Positions 18,676 through 31,073 are shown, numbered from the stretch's first letter. The stretch: 33,963 nucleotides of DNA from Campylobacterales bacterium (GCA_027080125.1 JALWSW010000235.1:1-33963), one strand, 5' to 3'. The notes: a model not told the origin generated them from the sequence alone. Numbers and translations: made by a program.

Positions 18676-20526
18676 TTATAGATTTTTTATAAGATTCAAC
18701 GCTTCTTTTACCAACGAATCGGTATCAAGACCGGATAATGACCGGAGGAGATTTTGCTCACCGTGAGGAATAAATTTATCATCTATGGCAATGACTTTTA
18801 TCGGTTTTCTTATACAGCTCTCAGCAATAATGGAGGCTATCAATTCTCCGACTCCTCCGATTTTGCTGCCTTCCTCTACGGTCATTACCGCTTTAACATT
18901 TGCAGCTGTTTTTATTATCAATTCCTTATCTATCGGTTTTATAAATCTAAGGTTAATAACCGTTGTATCTATTTTTCTTTTTTCAAGAATATCGGCTGCC
19001 TCAAGGCTGCTTTTAACCATACTGCCGCAGGCAAAAATTGCTATATCGCCTCCTTCTCTTTCAACGGTACCAGTGCCCAGGACGATTTTATTATGTTTAA
19101 TGTCAAGCGACAAAGCTTCTCCGCGTGGATAGCGAATTGCCGCCGGAGCTTTGATTTGATTTACGATTTTAATCATCTCAATAAGTTCATCTTTATCAGC
19201 GGGAGCCATTAGCACCATATTCGGAACTGGTAGAAGGTATGAAATATCAAATACTCCTTGGTGAGTTGCGCCATCGGCTCCTACGATGCCCGCTCTATCA
19301 ATCAGCAATGCCATCGGAAGATTTTGAATTGCTGCATCATGTATAACCGAGTCGTATGCTCTTTGAAGGAACGTTGAATATATTGCTACATACGGATATA
19401 TGCCGGCTGCAGACAAACCTGCAGCAAATGTTACTGCAAATTGTTCGGCTATTCCCACATCAAAAACTCTTTCAGGGAACTGCTGCTTTAATTTAGTTAT
19501 TCCTGTTCCCTCAAGCATTGCTGCGCTTATTGCTGCTCTATCTGGGTGGTTTTTGAACAATTCGAGCAGCAGGTTTCCGACAACCGAAGAATAGGATTCA
19601 GGCTTTTTTGCCGTTTTTCCTGTTTCTTTTTCAAACTTGCCTATGCCGTGAAATTTGACCGGATCCACTTCTGCGGGCTCATACCCTTTTCCTTTCTTTG
19701 TAAGCAGATGGACTATTGTAGGTCCTTTTAGCGATTTAACGTTTCCTAAAATTGTTGTTAAATCCCTAAAATTATGCCCATCTATAGGTCCGAAATACCT
19801 GAAACCCATCTCCTCGAACAGAAGTCCGGGTGAAAGAAGTTTTAAAGATACCTCAAATTTGCGTGCCATTTTTAGAAATGTTTCACTCAAGACAGGCATA
19901 CCTTTGATGATTTTTTCAAATTCGTTTCGGACTGCCGTGTAAAGATGACCGGATGATGCCTTTGAAAGATATGTGGTTATTGCTCCCAACGATTTGGATA
20001 TCGACATCTCATTATCGTTTATTATGATTGTTATATCGGAATTCATCTGGGAAGCATTATTGAGTCCTTCCCATGCGAGTCCGCTTGATAAAGATCCGTC
20101 TCCTACGATTGCCACTATCTTTTCTTTTCCATGTCTTATATCTCTTGATGCCATCATTCCAAGTGCTGCTGCAATGGCTGTACCAGCATGACCTACACCA
20201 AATTCGTCATATTCCGATTCTGCTCTGTTGGGAAAACCCGAAATTCCTTTATACTGACGCAGCGTAGATAATAGCGTTCTTCTTCCGGTCAATATTTTGT
20301 GGGCATAACATTGATGTCCGACATCCCAGACAAGCTTGTCTTTAGGCGTATCAAATATGTAATGCAGAGCAATTGTCAGCTCAACGGCGCCAAGAGAAGA
20401 GGCAAGATGACCACCGGTTTGAGAAACCGTCTCTATTATCTGCCTGCGAATCTCAGATGCCACTGTTTCCAGTTCTGAGATTCGCAGTTTTCTCAGGTCC
20501 GCCGGAGAGTTTATCTTCTCAATCAA
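18676..20526 (-). CDS. dxs: 1-deoxy-D-xylulose-5-phosphate synthase
   Basis: GGHLASSLG, WDVGHQ, GDG...NDN TPP motif, GIAEQ, DRAG and DGATHQG; TTG start. Confidence 0.97.
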   Translation of the reverse strand: MIEKINSPADLRKLRISELETVASEIRRQIIETVSQTGGHLASSLGAVELTIALHYIFDTPKDKLVWDVGHQCYAHKILTGRRTLLSTLRQYKGISGFPNRAESEYDEFGVGHAGTAIAAALGMMASRDIRHGKEKIVAIVGDGSLSSGLAWEGLNNASQMNSDITIIINDNEMSISKSLGAITTYLSKASSGHLYTAVRNEFEKIIKGMPVLSETFLKMARKFEVSLKLLSPGLLFEEMGFRYFGPIDGHNFRDLTTILGNVKSLKGPTIVHLLTKKGKGYEPAEVDPVKFHGIGKFEKETGKTAKKPESYSSVVGNLLLELFKNHPDRAAISAAMLEGTGITKLKQQFPERVFDVGIAEQFAVTFAAGLSAAGIYPYVAIYSTFLQRAYDSVIHDAAIQNLPMALLIDRAGIVGADGATHQGVFDISYLLPVPNMVLMAPADKDELIEMIKIVNQIKAPAAIRYPRGEALSLDIKHNKIVLGTGTVEREGGDIAIFACGSMVKSSLEAADILEKRKIDTTVINLRFIKPIDKELIIKTAANVKAVMTVEEGSKIGGVGELIASIIAESCIRKPIKVIAIDDKFIPHGEQNLLRSLSGLDTDSLVKEALNLIKNL

Positions 20527-20533
20527 TCTTGCT

Positions 20534-21376
20534 TTATTTAATTTTCGATAGATATGTTTTTGCCATCTCAGCCTGACTTGAATCGGGGAATCCCTTTACG
20601 ACCTTCTCAAGCAGATATTTTGCGTCAATAGAATCACCGAGTTTAAGAAAACAGATACCCTCCTTCAGTGTTGCTGTGGCGATTTTTTCCGAACGCGGAA
20701 ATCTTGTGACTATCTGGTCATACGCTATTATGGCACTGTCATACTGCTTCATCAAAAAATAAATCTCACCTTTAATAAAATAGGCAAGATCTATTCTTTT
20801 GTCATCAGGATTTTCCTTTATGAACTTATCTATCGTATCCAAAGCTTTCTTATATTCTTTCTTTTTAAAAAACGATTCGGCTCTGGTGTAATTATCAACA
20901 ACAACCGGTGACTTAGCGTTTTTACTTTGAGCAATATTGGTTTGTTGAGCCGGTTTAACCGGTGTTTTCGGAGGAACATTACTTAGGTTTTGATTTGCTG
21001 AGGATGTCGATTCGGCTTGCGTGGATTGAAGTAGCAATTGAATCTTGTTGATTCCAGCGGCAAGGGAGTTAATTTTTTCTTCAATCTGCTTTACCTCATC
21101 GGTCAATTTAGAAAGATTTGCAGAAAGCCCGTTAATTTTATTTTTGTTTTCATCTATGCTGTTTGCTTCCTTTTCGCTATAATGCTTAAACTCATCAAAT
21201 CTTCCGGTAAGGCGTTCTATCTTTGCAAGCATACTTTCATATTTAACAGTCAGGGTTGCATAGGAAGCCCTTAAATCGGTAATACGCTGCTGATTTTTTA
21301 TTACCTGTGTGCTTGTTGCTGCAAATACATTTGTAGAACTTATAACCAAAAGTAGTAATAATGCTATAATATTCAT
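20534..21376 (-). CDS. cpoB: Tol-Pal associated coiled-coil/TPR protein CpoB (YbgF)
   Basis: Signal peptide, coiled coil, low-complexity linker and three TPR-like repeats; directly after pal. Confidence 0.9.
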   Translation of the reverse strand: MNIIALLLLLVISSTNVFAATSTQVIKNQQRITDLRASYATLTVKYESMLAKIERLTGRFDEFKHYSEKEANSIDENKNKINGLSANLSKLTDEVKQIEEKINSLAAGINKIQLLLQSTQAESTSSANQNLSNVPPKTPVKPAQQTNIAQSKNAKSPVVVDNYTRAESFFKKKEYKKALDTIDKFIKENPDDKRIDLAYFIKGEIYFLMKQYDSAIIAYDQIVTRFPRSEKIATATLKEGICFLKLGDSIDAKYLLEKVVKGFPDSSQAEMAKTYLSKIK

Positions 21377-21380
21377 AAGC

Positions 21381-21953
21381 CTATTGTTTTATCATCAGCG
21401 TAAAATGATCTCTTCGGTTTTTTGCCCAAGCTATTGGGTTGTGTGCCGGGTCGAGCGGTCTGTCTTTACCGTAGCTTACCGTGGAAATCTGGTCTTCTGA
21501 AACTCCGGCGGCAAGAAAATAGTTTTTTACAACGTTTGCGCGTCTCCAACCAAGGGCAATATTATACTCCTCAGTTCCTCTTTCGTCGCAGTTACCCTCT
21601 ATTCTGACCTTCACCCTCGGATGCTTAATTAGCCATTGAGCCATATTGTTCAGCAAAGAAAGATCACCATTTTTTATAATTGCCTTATCAAAATCAAAAT
21701 GTACGTCTTTAAATATGTTCAAGGATGCGTTTTTTATCTTATTTTTAAGCTCTCTGATACTAATTTCGGGTGTGATGATGCCTTTGGCCGTTGTTGTGGC
21801 GGCGGGTTTTTTTACAACAGGAGCAGCTACTTCGTTTGCCTGCTGCACGTTACTTCCAGCTTTGCCTTTTATCGCATGCTTAGCGCATCCTCCCGATATA
21901 ATCAATACTGAGAATATAGACACCGCAATAAACAGTTTTCCAAAACCTTTCAT
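21381..21953 (-). CDS. pal: Peptidoglycan-associated lipoprotein Pal
   Basis: Lipobox ISGGC; OmpA-like domain HFDFD, EGNCDERGTEEYNIALG, SYGKDRP and AKNRR. Confidence 0.96.
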   Translation of the reverse strand: MKGFGKLFIAVSIFSVLIISGGCAKHAIKGKAGSNVQQANEVAAPVVKKPAATTTAKGIITPEISIRELKNKIKNASLNIFKDVHFDFDKAIIKNGDLSLLNNMAQWLIKHPRVKVRIEGNCDERGTEEYNIALGWRRANVVKNYFLAAGVSEDQISTVSYGKDRPLDPAHNPIAWAKNRRDHFTLMIKQ

Positions 21954-22026
21954 TTTTTCCTCCCTTTAAATTTTTGTTTACCTGCAAACTTCATTTAACA
22001 ATTTACAAAATCGTATCTGCTACATA

Positions 22027-23313
22027 TTATCGCAAAAGCGTCGACCAATCAAGCGATCCTATATCCCCTTTTACCGAAAAAACAAGGTTTTCTTCTCCGC
22101 TGAACAGATTTGACAGATAGATGTAGGATTTTCCGCCTTCTTTCTTTACAAACGCCACAAATCTTCCCCCCGGAGACCATACCGGTGCTACGTTTGTAAA
22201 ACCGTTTGATAAGATTTTATAGCCACTTCCATCAATATTTATAGTTGCGATGTTTAAATTGCCATGTAAGCGGCTTACAAACACTATTTTTTTGCCATCC
22301 GGCGAGAGATTTGGAGATGTATTATAATTACCTTTATATGTTAAACGCCTTATGCTGCCTGTAGTCAGATTTTTCACATAAAGCTGGGGTGTTCCGAAAC
22401 GATTCGAAGTGTAAACAAGTTTATTACCGTATAAAATCGGAGATACGTTTATTGCTCCGTCATAGGTAAGTCGTTTTCTTTCACCGGTTGTCCTGTCAAG
22501 CAGATATATATCAACCGCATTGCCGTGAGGTGCTGAATACACTATAAATCTACCGTCCCTGGAGGGATATCCGCCTATATTTACACCTCCGAAATTAGCA
22601 ATCAGTTTTATATTTCCGGTTGTTATGTTGTATCTGTACAGAACGATCTTGTTGGCTTTTAACGAGCTGAAGTAGATGATCGATTTTCCTTGCCATTTAG
22701 GATGATAGCTTAAACTTTTGAAGTTTGTAATTTTGGTCAATCCGGAACCGTCAAATTCGCTTACGTAAAGCTCCCTGTAATTCCCTTTTTTCAGCGAGAA
22801 TGCAAACATCGATTCAAAAGGACCGTAATAGCCGAATAAAGCCTTGAAAATATCATCGGCTATATGATGAGCAAGCCACCCGCTCCCGTTACGACTGGTT
22901 TTGTATGATCTTGAAAAAATCTCTCCAAAAGGTATTCTGCGCGCAAATTTGATTTTGACCAGAATATCATTACCTTCGTTTATCAACGATCCATACAGAA
23001 GATAGGCACCCCCCAGACCCCCTGTACTATTAACAAGTTCAATATGATCCGCATCGAATTTTACCGGCAGCTCCGAATAGATTACATCAAAAAGATCGGT
23101 AGTGTCAAGGTCATGCGCTATTCGTTTTGATATGGAGAAACTATCGCTGTCGATAGCATGAATTTGTATCGCAATTTTTTGAAAATTCGGATTTTTTATA
23201 TCGATTTTAAATAGAGCGGCATCAGCTTGCAGATGAAAAGAAAACAGAATCGATATCCCAATGCCCACAATAATATTCAGTGCTGACTTAATCAAATTTA
23301 TCTGGCGAAACAT
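22027..23313 (-). CDS. tolB: TolB beta-propeller protein
   Basis: Signal peptide, IAHDL, AHHIAD, PD40-like repeats (SPDGKKIVFVS, WSPGGR, YTSNRFGTPQLY); lies between tolA and pal. Confidence 0.9.
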   Translation of the reverse strand: MFRQINLIKSALNIIVGIGISILFSFHLQADAALFKIDIKNPNFQKIAIQIHAIDSDSFSISKRIAHDLDTTDLFDVIYSELPVKFDADHIELVNSTGGLGGAYLLYGSLINEGNDILVKIKFARRIPFGEIFSRSYKTSRNGSGWLAHHIADDIFKALFGYYGPFESMFAFSLKKGNYRELYVSEFDGSGLTKITNFKSLSYHPKWQGKSIIYFSSLKANKIVLYRYNITTGNIKLIANFGGVNIGGYPSRDGRFIVYSAPHGNAVDIYLLDRTTGERKRLTYDGAINVSPILYGNKLVYTSNRFGTPQLYVKNLTTGSIRRLTYKGNYNTSPNLSPDGKKIVFVSRLHGNLNIATINIDGSGYKILSNGFTNVAPVWSPGGRFVAFVKKEGGKSYIYLSNLFSGEENLVFSVKGDIGSLDWSTLLR

Positions 23314-24037
23314 TGCATTTTAATAATATTTCCACTATTGTCTCGTTTGAGGCTTTATATGGTGGAAACGGGGCGGCCGCTCTTACGGCATCTACACATG
23401 TTTTATCAAAATAGGCATTTCCCGAACCTTTTTTCAAACTAGTCAAGATTAGCCTCCCAGATTTTGCAATCACAATTTTCACTATAGCAGTATAATTTGA
23501 TTTTTTCAACATATATTTGTTTATTTTCCATTGCCTCTCTATGAGTGCTTTTATTAGACTTTGGTAGGTGACTCCTTTGTTTGTGATATGATTTATACTG
23601 GTTTTGATGCTTTGCAGAATATCAGCCACTCTTTTTTTAAGCTTGATTTTTTTTGTCTTCTGCTCTTGTCTTATTCTTTCCTTTATTTTATTTATCAAAT
23701 TGTTGTTTATTTTGATCTTAGGTTTTTTTGCCGGCTGCCTTTTTGCTAATCTGATTCTCTTTTTCTTCCGCACCGGTTTTTTTTTATGGCTGGTTTTTTT
23801 ATGTTGCTTTGCTTTGCGACGGATTTTCGGTGAGATTTTTTTTCTCGATTTTATTTTGCGGGTTATTGGTTTTGTGTGAGTTGATATCGATACAAGATTT
23901 ATATCTATGATGTTTGAGTTTGTTGTTCGTTTCAGACTGTATGAAGTTGTATATATCAGCACAAAGAATATAAATACATGAAGTATGAGAGAAAACAGCC
24001 AGCTAAATATCGATTTTTTGCCGTTTGAATGAACCAT
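23288..24037 (-). CDS. tolA: TolA/TonB-like energy transducer
   Basis: TM helix SLILH (SHLS motif), Lys/Arg-rich stalk and C-terminal SGNAYFD...AAAPFPP domain. Confidence 0.85.
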   Translation of the reverse strand: MVHSNGKKSIFSWLFSLILHVFIFFVLIYTTSYSLKRTTNSNIIDINLVSISTHTKPITRKIKSRKKISPKIRRKAKQHKKTSHKKKPVRKKKRIRLAKRQPAKKPKIKINNNLINKIKERIRQEQKTKKIKLKKRVADILQSIKTSINHITNKGVTYQSLIKALIERQWKINKYMLKKSNYTAIVKIVIAKSGRLILTSLKKGSGNAYFDKTCVDAVRAAAPFPPYKASNETIVEILLKCNVSPDKFD

Positions 24038-24086
24038 CTATAAACTTTACATCGGAATACCGCTAACTGCTGCTGTATTGTTAATA

Positions 24087-24479
24087 TTAATTGACTCCCG
24101 GACGTTTGGGGGTTGTAAGGAGTCCTATTTTTTGAATACCAATCGATTTTGCCATATCTATAAATTTTACAACAGTACCGTAAGGAACAGCTTTATCTGA
24201 TTTTATCAAAATCCTCTGATTGACACTTTTGGCTAATCTGATTTTTATATCTTTTATGCTGCTTTTTACATTATTAAAATAGAAAACCCCGTTTTTATCT
24301 ATACTTATTATTATATCCTTCCTGTTTACCTTTCCCTTGGAAGATCCTGCTTTCGGAAGATTAACGTTTATGCCCCTTGTAAGCATAGGAGCGGTCACCA
24401 TAACTATTATAAGAACAACCAGAACGACATCTACAAACGGTGTTATATTAATTTGCCATATCGTTTCGTTGTTTTTCAT
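24087..24479 (-). CDS. tolR: TolR/ExbD family protein
   Basis: INITPFVDVVLV (conserved Asp), VNLPKA and DKAVPYGTVV. Confidence 0.92.
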   Translation of the reverse strand: MKNNETIWQINITPFVDVVLVVLIIVMVTAPMLTRGINVNLPKAGSSKGKVNRKDIIISIDKNGVFYFNNVKSSIKDIKIRLAKSVNQRILIKSDKAVPYGTVVKFIDMAKSIGIQKIGLLTTPKRPGVN

Positions 24480-25046
24480 CTATTCAAGCGATTTCAATAC
24501 CGCCTCTACTCCAAGCATAATGTCGTTAATTTTATTTTTTATTATATTATAGGCAAAAACCGCCGGAATTGCTACAAACAAACCTGCTGCAGTTGTTATC
24601 AGCGCTTCGCTTATTCCCGGAGCTATGACAGTAATATTGGTTGAGCCGGATGAGCCTATTTCCGAGAATGCGTTCATTATTCCCACCACTGTTCCGAATA
24701 ATCCAATAAACGGTGCATTTGCACCGATGGAAGCAAGCAGAGTCAGGCCTTTTGATAGCTCTGTTCTTGTTTCCTCTATATATAGCTGTTTGCTCTGATT
24801 TGCCTTGCTGAAAAAGATTGCAGTCGGAGAATATTGTAATTGGCTTGAATATGAGGCAATATCGGATATTTTGCCGCCCTGCCGGATAAACCGTTTCACA
24901 ATATTTTCTTGCTTTATTATCTCTTTTATCAAAAAATATTTTTTGAAGATAACTGTCCATGACCATATCGATAGCAACGTAAGTGCAACAAGCACCAATA
25001 CGGCAACCGTGCCAATAGAGCCAATATTTATCAGAGAACTGCTCAT
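24480..25046 (-). CDS. tolQ: TolQ (MotA/TolQ/ExbB family)
   Basis: [17 protein letters not shown] and [22 protein letters not shown]. Confidence 0.93.
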   Translation of the reverse strand: MSSSLINIGSIGTVAVLVLVALTLLSIWSWTVIFKKYFLIKEIIKQENIVKRFIRQGGKISDIASYSSQLQYSPTAIFFSKANQSKQLYIEETRTELSKGLTLLASIGANAPFIGLFGTVVGIMNAFSEIGSSGSTNITVIAPGISEALITTAAGLFVAIPAVFAYNIIKNKINDIMLGVEAVLKSLE

Positions 25047-25456
25047 TTATATGCAGCAAGCTTAAGTAATGTCAGCAGCTTATCCGTTTCCGCTTTTACA
25101 TTGGCGTATTGTGAATCCGATTTTTCCAATTTTTCTAACGCCTGTTTTTTCTTTTCATATTGATTTTTATATTCGTCCGCGCTTTTTTTGATATCGGATT
25201 TTTCATATACTTTGTCTGCTATAACGGTAACCTTGTCTTCAAAGACATGCAGAAATCCCGATACTATACCTATAGGATCATCTTTTTTACCTTGATTTCG
25301 CAAAAACAGCACCCCCGGAGCAAGTTCGCTTATAAAAGGGGCATGAAGGGGCAGGATTCCGAAATCGCCCTCAACGCCGGTTGCCCCTATATAGTCACAC
25401 TCAACATTCCTTACTTTTTTGTTAGGTGTAATAATGATGCAGTTTAGTTTTGACAT
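25043..25456 (-). CDS. atpC: ATP synthase F1 epsilon
   Basis: [17 protein letters not shown] and SGFLHV; follows atpD. Confidence 0.94.
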   Translation of the reverse strand: MSKLNCIIITPNKKVRNVECDYIGATGVEGDFGILPLHAPFISELAPGVLFLRNQGKKDDPIGIVSGFLHVFEDKVTVIADKVYEKSDIKKSADEYKNQYEKKKQALEKLEKSDSQYANVKAETDKLLTLLKLAAYK

Positions 25457-25457
25457 A

Positions 25458-27741
<2,284 letters not shown>

Positions 27742-27743
27742 TT

Positions 27744-29252
27744 TTACGGTTTAAAAACTTTGTCGAATTCTGATAGGATCGCCTCAATCTCTTTTGTCAA
27801 TTCATCATCCAACTTTTTCTTTTCCGATATCTTTTTGAGCACCTCAGGATATTTTGCATCAACAAAACCGTAAAGCTCGGTTTCGTAATCAGTTGCCTTT
27901 TCCACCGGATACTTATCAAGAAATCCGTGAGTTCCGGCGTATATGATGATTATCTGTTTTTCCACCGGAATAGGCTGATATTGAGGTTGCTTTAATATCT
28001 CCATCAATCTTGCGCCTCTTTCAAGCTGCATTCTTGTTGATTTGTCAAGATCACTTCCGAACTGAGCAAACGCCGCAAGCTCTCTGTATTGAGCAAGCGA
28101 AAGTCTTAGGTTTCCTGCTACCTGTTTCATAGCCTTGATCTGTGCCGAACCTCCAACCCTTGAAACCGACAAGCCTACATTCAACGCAGGTCTGAAACCG
28201 GAATAGAAAAGATCGGTTTCAAGATAGATCTGTCCGTCGGTAATCGATATGACATTGGTTGGAATATATGCGGAAACATCTCCGGCCTGCGTTTCGATAA
28301 TTGGAAGCGCAGTCAGGCTGCCTCCTCCGTTTTCATCGGAAAGTTTTGCAGCCCTTTCAAGCAATCTTGAATGAAGATAAAAAACATCTCCCGGATATGC
28401 TTCTCTGCCTGGAGGACGTCTTAAAAGCAGAGAAAGCTGCCTGTATGACTGAGCATGCTTGGAAAGATCATCATAAATTATGAGTGCATGACGACTTGAG
28501 TCTCTGAAATATTCTCCCATCGCAACACCTGAGTATGGTGCTAAAAATTGCAAAGGAGCAGGATCTGATGCTGTAGCAGAGACTACTATTGTATAATCCA
28601 TTGCGCCCTCTTCTTTAAGCTTTTTTACAACACGCGCAACGGTAGAACGTTTTTGACCTATCGCTACATATATGCATACGACATCTTTGCCCTTTTGGTT
28701 TATGATTGTATCTACTGCAATGGCGGTTTTTCCGGTTTGTCTGTCGCCGATTATGAGCTCTCTTTGACCTCTTCCTATAGGTATCATAGAGTCAATCGAT
28801 TTTATTCCGGTTTGAAGCGGTTCGTTAACCGGCTGTCTTTCAACAATTCCCGGGGCTTTTACCTCTACGAGACTGCTGTTTGATGCATTTATAGCACCCT
28901 TGCCGTCAATCGGTGCTCCCAAAGCATCCACAACGCGCCCGACAAGCTCCTCTCCTACCGGAACTTCGGCTACTTTTCCGGTGCGCTTTACAACATCTCC
29001 TTCTTTAATACCGATATCCTCACCCATAATAACAACGCCGACATTGTCCTCTTCGAGATTGAGCGCTATACCTTTTACACCATTTGGGAATATAACCATC
29101 TCATTTGCCATAACATTGTCAAGTCCGAAAACCTTCGCGATACCGTCTCCAACCGATAAAACAATACCGGTTTCGGACGTATCAACGGTTTTACCGATAG
29201 ATTCTATACGCTCACGTATAATCTGACTTACCTCACTTGCCTTTATTGCCAT
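27744..29252 (-). CDS. atpA: ATP synthase F1 alpha
   Basis: [20 protein letters not shown] and SVSRVG. ATG at 29252 behind GGAGG preferred over TTG at 29264. Confidence 0.99.
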   Translation of the reverse strand: MAIKASEVSQIIRERIESIGKTVDTSETGIVLSVGDGIAKVFGLDNVMANEMVIFPNGVKGIALNLEEDNVGVVIMGEDIGIKEGDVVKRTGKVAEVPVGEELVGRVVDALGAPIDGKGAINASNSSLVEVKAPGIVERQPVNEPLQTGIKSIDSMIPIGRGQRELIIGDRQTGKTAIAVDTIINQKGKDVVCIYVAIGQKRSTVARVVKKLKEEGAMDYTIVVSATASDPAPLQFLAPYSGVAMGEYFRDSSRHALIIYDDLSKHAQSYRQLSLLLRRPPGREAYPGDVFYLHSRLLERAAKLSDENGGGSLTALPIIETQAGDVSAYIPTNVISITDGQIYLETDLFYSGFRPALNVGLSVSRVGGSAQIKAMKQVAGNLRLSLAQYRELAAFAQFGSDLDKSTRMQLERGARLMEILKQPQYQPIPVEKQIIIIYAGTHGFLDKYPVEKATDYETELYGFVDAKYPEVLKKISEKKKLDDELTKEIEAILSEFDKVFKP

Positions 29253-29300
29253 AAACTCCTCCAACTATAATTGACAACTTTGTGTCGTTATTCGATTTTT

Positions 29301-29843
29301 TCAGTTCGTCAAATCAAACTGTTGGCGCAATTTATCAACAATATGCCGAACCGACCCATCGTAAACGACGTTTCCGGCATAAATTACAATTCCGCCCCAT
29401 ATATTCTCGTCAACTTTGTAGTCAAGAGAAATACTCTTTCCTGTCAGACTTCCAAGTGAACGTTCAATTTCCAGTTTTTCTTTTTTTGTGAGTTCTATTG
29501 CCGAAACCGCTGTTCCGGTCAGTCTCCCATATAACTGGTCGCAATAGTCTTTAAATGCTTCAACTATGCCTTCAAAAATATCGATCCTTCTATTATCAAG
29601 CAAAAAGATCAGAAATCTGCTTAGAAACCGGTCAAGTTTAAAACTCTCGATTAGTTCCTGTATAACGGTGGATTTTTCCGATATCGATATATTGGGCATT
29701 GACAGAAACCGCTTCATCCACGGTTTTGACAAAATATCATTCAGATTCTTTAAGATTTTCAGATAGTTATCGGGTTCTATCTTGTTGTCTTTTGCAATCA
29801 TCATTAACGATTTTGCGTATATTTTTGACAATCTTCTGCTCAT
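29301..29843 (-). CDS. atpH: ATP synthase F1 delta
   Basis: YAKSL, LLDNRR, VDENIWGG and YDGSV; operon position. Confidence 0.92.
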   Translation of the reverse strand: MSRRLSKIYAKSLMMIAKDNKIEPDNYLKILKNLNDILSKPWMKRFLSMPNISISEKSTVIQELIESFKLDRFLSRFLIFLLDNRRIDIFEGIVEAFKDYCDQLYGRLTGTAVSAIELTKKEKLEIERSLGSLTGKSISLDYKVDENIWGGIVIYAGNVVYDGSVRHIVDKLRQQFDLTN

Positions 29844-30382
29844 AGCGACCTCAGGCTTGCTATAATTTTTTCATTTATTTTTTTGTGAACATTTTTGTCT
29901 GATTTTTTAAGTGTTTCAACCAATTGATGCTCCATTTTATCGAAAAGTTCCTTGAAAAGAATTTTTTTTGCAGCTTCCTGTTCACTTGTCAATGCTTCGT
30001 TGATGTTCAGCCGATAGCTTTCAGCCATCTCTTTCGCTTTACTTATTATGGTTTCACTTTGAAGTTCAGCCTTTCTCTGATACAGCGATTGAATTTTTGC
30101 TATCTGTTCGTCGACAGTCTGATAAAGTTTTTCGGTTTCGCTTAGTTTATTTTTGCTTTTTTCCAAAAGATGCTCCGCATCTTCTATTGCCTGTTTAATC
30201 GAGAGTTTGCGGTTTCTAAAGAAATCGGATATCGGTTTATGCAGAAAATAATAAAGAATGCCGACAAATATGATAAAGTCGATAACTCTCCAGCCCATAT
30301 GCGGGTCTGCTTCTGAGGCTGCCGCAGGTATTGCAAACAGGACAAATGTAAGTATAAGAGCAAAATTTTTTATTCTCTTCAT
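29840..30382 (-). CDS. atpF: ATP synthase F0 subunit b
   Basis: WRVIDFIIFVGILYYF..KPI...R followed by a coiled coil; N-terminal signal-like extension. Confidence 0.9.
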   Translation of the reverse strand: MKRIKNFALILTFVLFAIPAAASEADPHMGWRVIDFIIFVGILYYFLHKPISDFFRNRKLSIKQAIEDAEHLLEKSKNKLSETEKLYQTVDEQIAKIQSLYQRKAELQSETIISKAKEMAESYRLNINEALTSEQEAAKKILFKELFDKMEHQLVETLKKSDKNVHKKINEKIIASLRSL

Positions 30383-30801
30383 TTTGTCTCCATCAGCATA
30401 ATTATCTTTTCTGCAAGAAGGTAAGCCTGAGGTTCTATCTGTGCTTTTTCATTCTCAATATCTTTCCATAAGTTTTTGCTTTTTTTCTGCAATATCGCCT
30501 CGGCTTCCTCTTTTGCGTTTTGCTTTATCTGTTCGGCTTGAACATGCACCTCTTCCAATGTTTTAGTATAAGCAGTTTTTGAGTTCTCTTCCGCAACGCT
30601 GAGCTGCTGTTTATATTTTTTGCTTAATTCGTCAGCCTTTTGGGCTATCAGAGATGCCTCCTCGCGTTTTGCATCAATATCTGCATCTCTTCTTGCGATA
30701 TGGGTCAATACCGGCTTGTATAATATTTTGTTTAGTATTACCATAAGTAACAAAAAAGCCAGCCCCTGAGCTATAATCCAGTGTGTAATCTGAATACCCA
30801 T
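30379..30801 (-). CDS. ATP synthase F0 subunit b'
   Basis: Single TM helix then LNKILYKPV...RR and a coiled coil; first gene of the atp run. Confidence 0.9.
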   Translation of the reverse strand: MGIQITHWIIAQGLAFLLLMVILNKILYKPVLTHIARRDADIDAKREEASLIAQKADELSKKYKQQLSVAEENSKTAYTKTLEEVHVQAEQIKQNAKEEAEAILQKKSKNLWKDIENEKAQIEPQAYLLAEKIIMLMETK

Positions 30802-30852
30802 AAAAACCTCACTTTAAACTTATTTTCCAATATCATTCGGTGTTTTACAAAG

Positions 30853-30953
30853 ATGCCTTCCGAACAATAACACGGGCACCCTCAGACATCTCAAATACCG
30901 TTACAAAGCGTTTGCATAGTTGCCTTTTTTGCAACCCGTGCCTGTTGTGGCAT
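30853..30953 (-). ncRNA. Structured cis-regulatory leader; candidate Na+ (DUF1646-motif) riboswitch
   Basis: Minus strand GGCACGGGU pairs with GCCCGUGUU and encloses GGUUG, an irregular hairpin and GAGAUGUC-UGAG-GGUG. The family assignment is from recall of the consensus, not a covariance search. Confidence 0.5.
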
Positions 30954-30986
30954 ACTCAAAATATCATCAAAATATTATCAAGCCGC

Positions 30987-31009
30987 TTAAAAGACCGGTC
31001 GTCTTTTAA
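30987..31009. other. Perfect inverted repeat between rrf2 and the atp leader (weak terminator or operator)
   Basis: TTAAAAGAC-cggtc-GTCTTTTAA, 9-bp arms. Confidence 0.5.
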
Positions 31010-31073
31010 ATTTATTCAAAGCCCTTAAGCTATATCATCTTTATAAAATCAACTGTAATTTTAATCTGTTGAA

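Noticed and set aside
23620..23870. T-rich low-complexity stretch
   Set aside because: Explained by the Lys/Arg-rich TolA stalk on the minus strand.
24547..25059. 170-aa same-strand alternative-frame ORF over tolQ
   Set aside because: No recognisable motif; the tolQ frame carries all conserved residues.
30853..30953. 6S RNA or tRNA-like interpretation of the atp leader
   Set aside because: Too short for 6S with no central bubble rod; no T-loop or CCA for a tRNA; position favours a cis element.
30840..31028. 62-aa plus-strand ORF in the atp-rrf2 spacer
   Set aside because: GTG start without RBS, no protein-like features, antisense to the structured leader.
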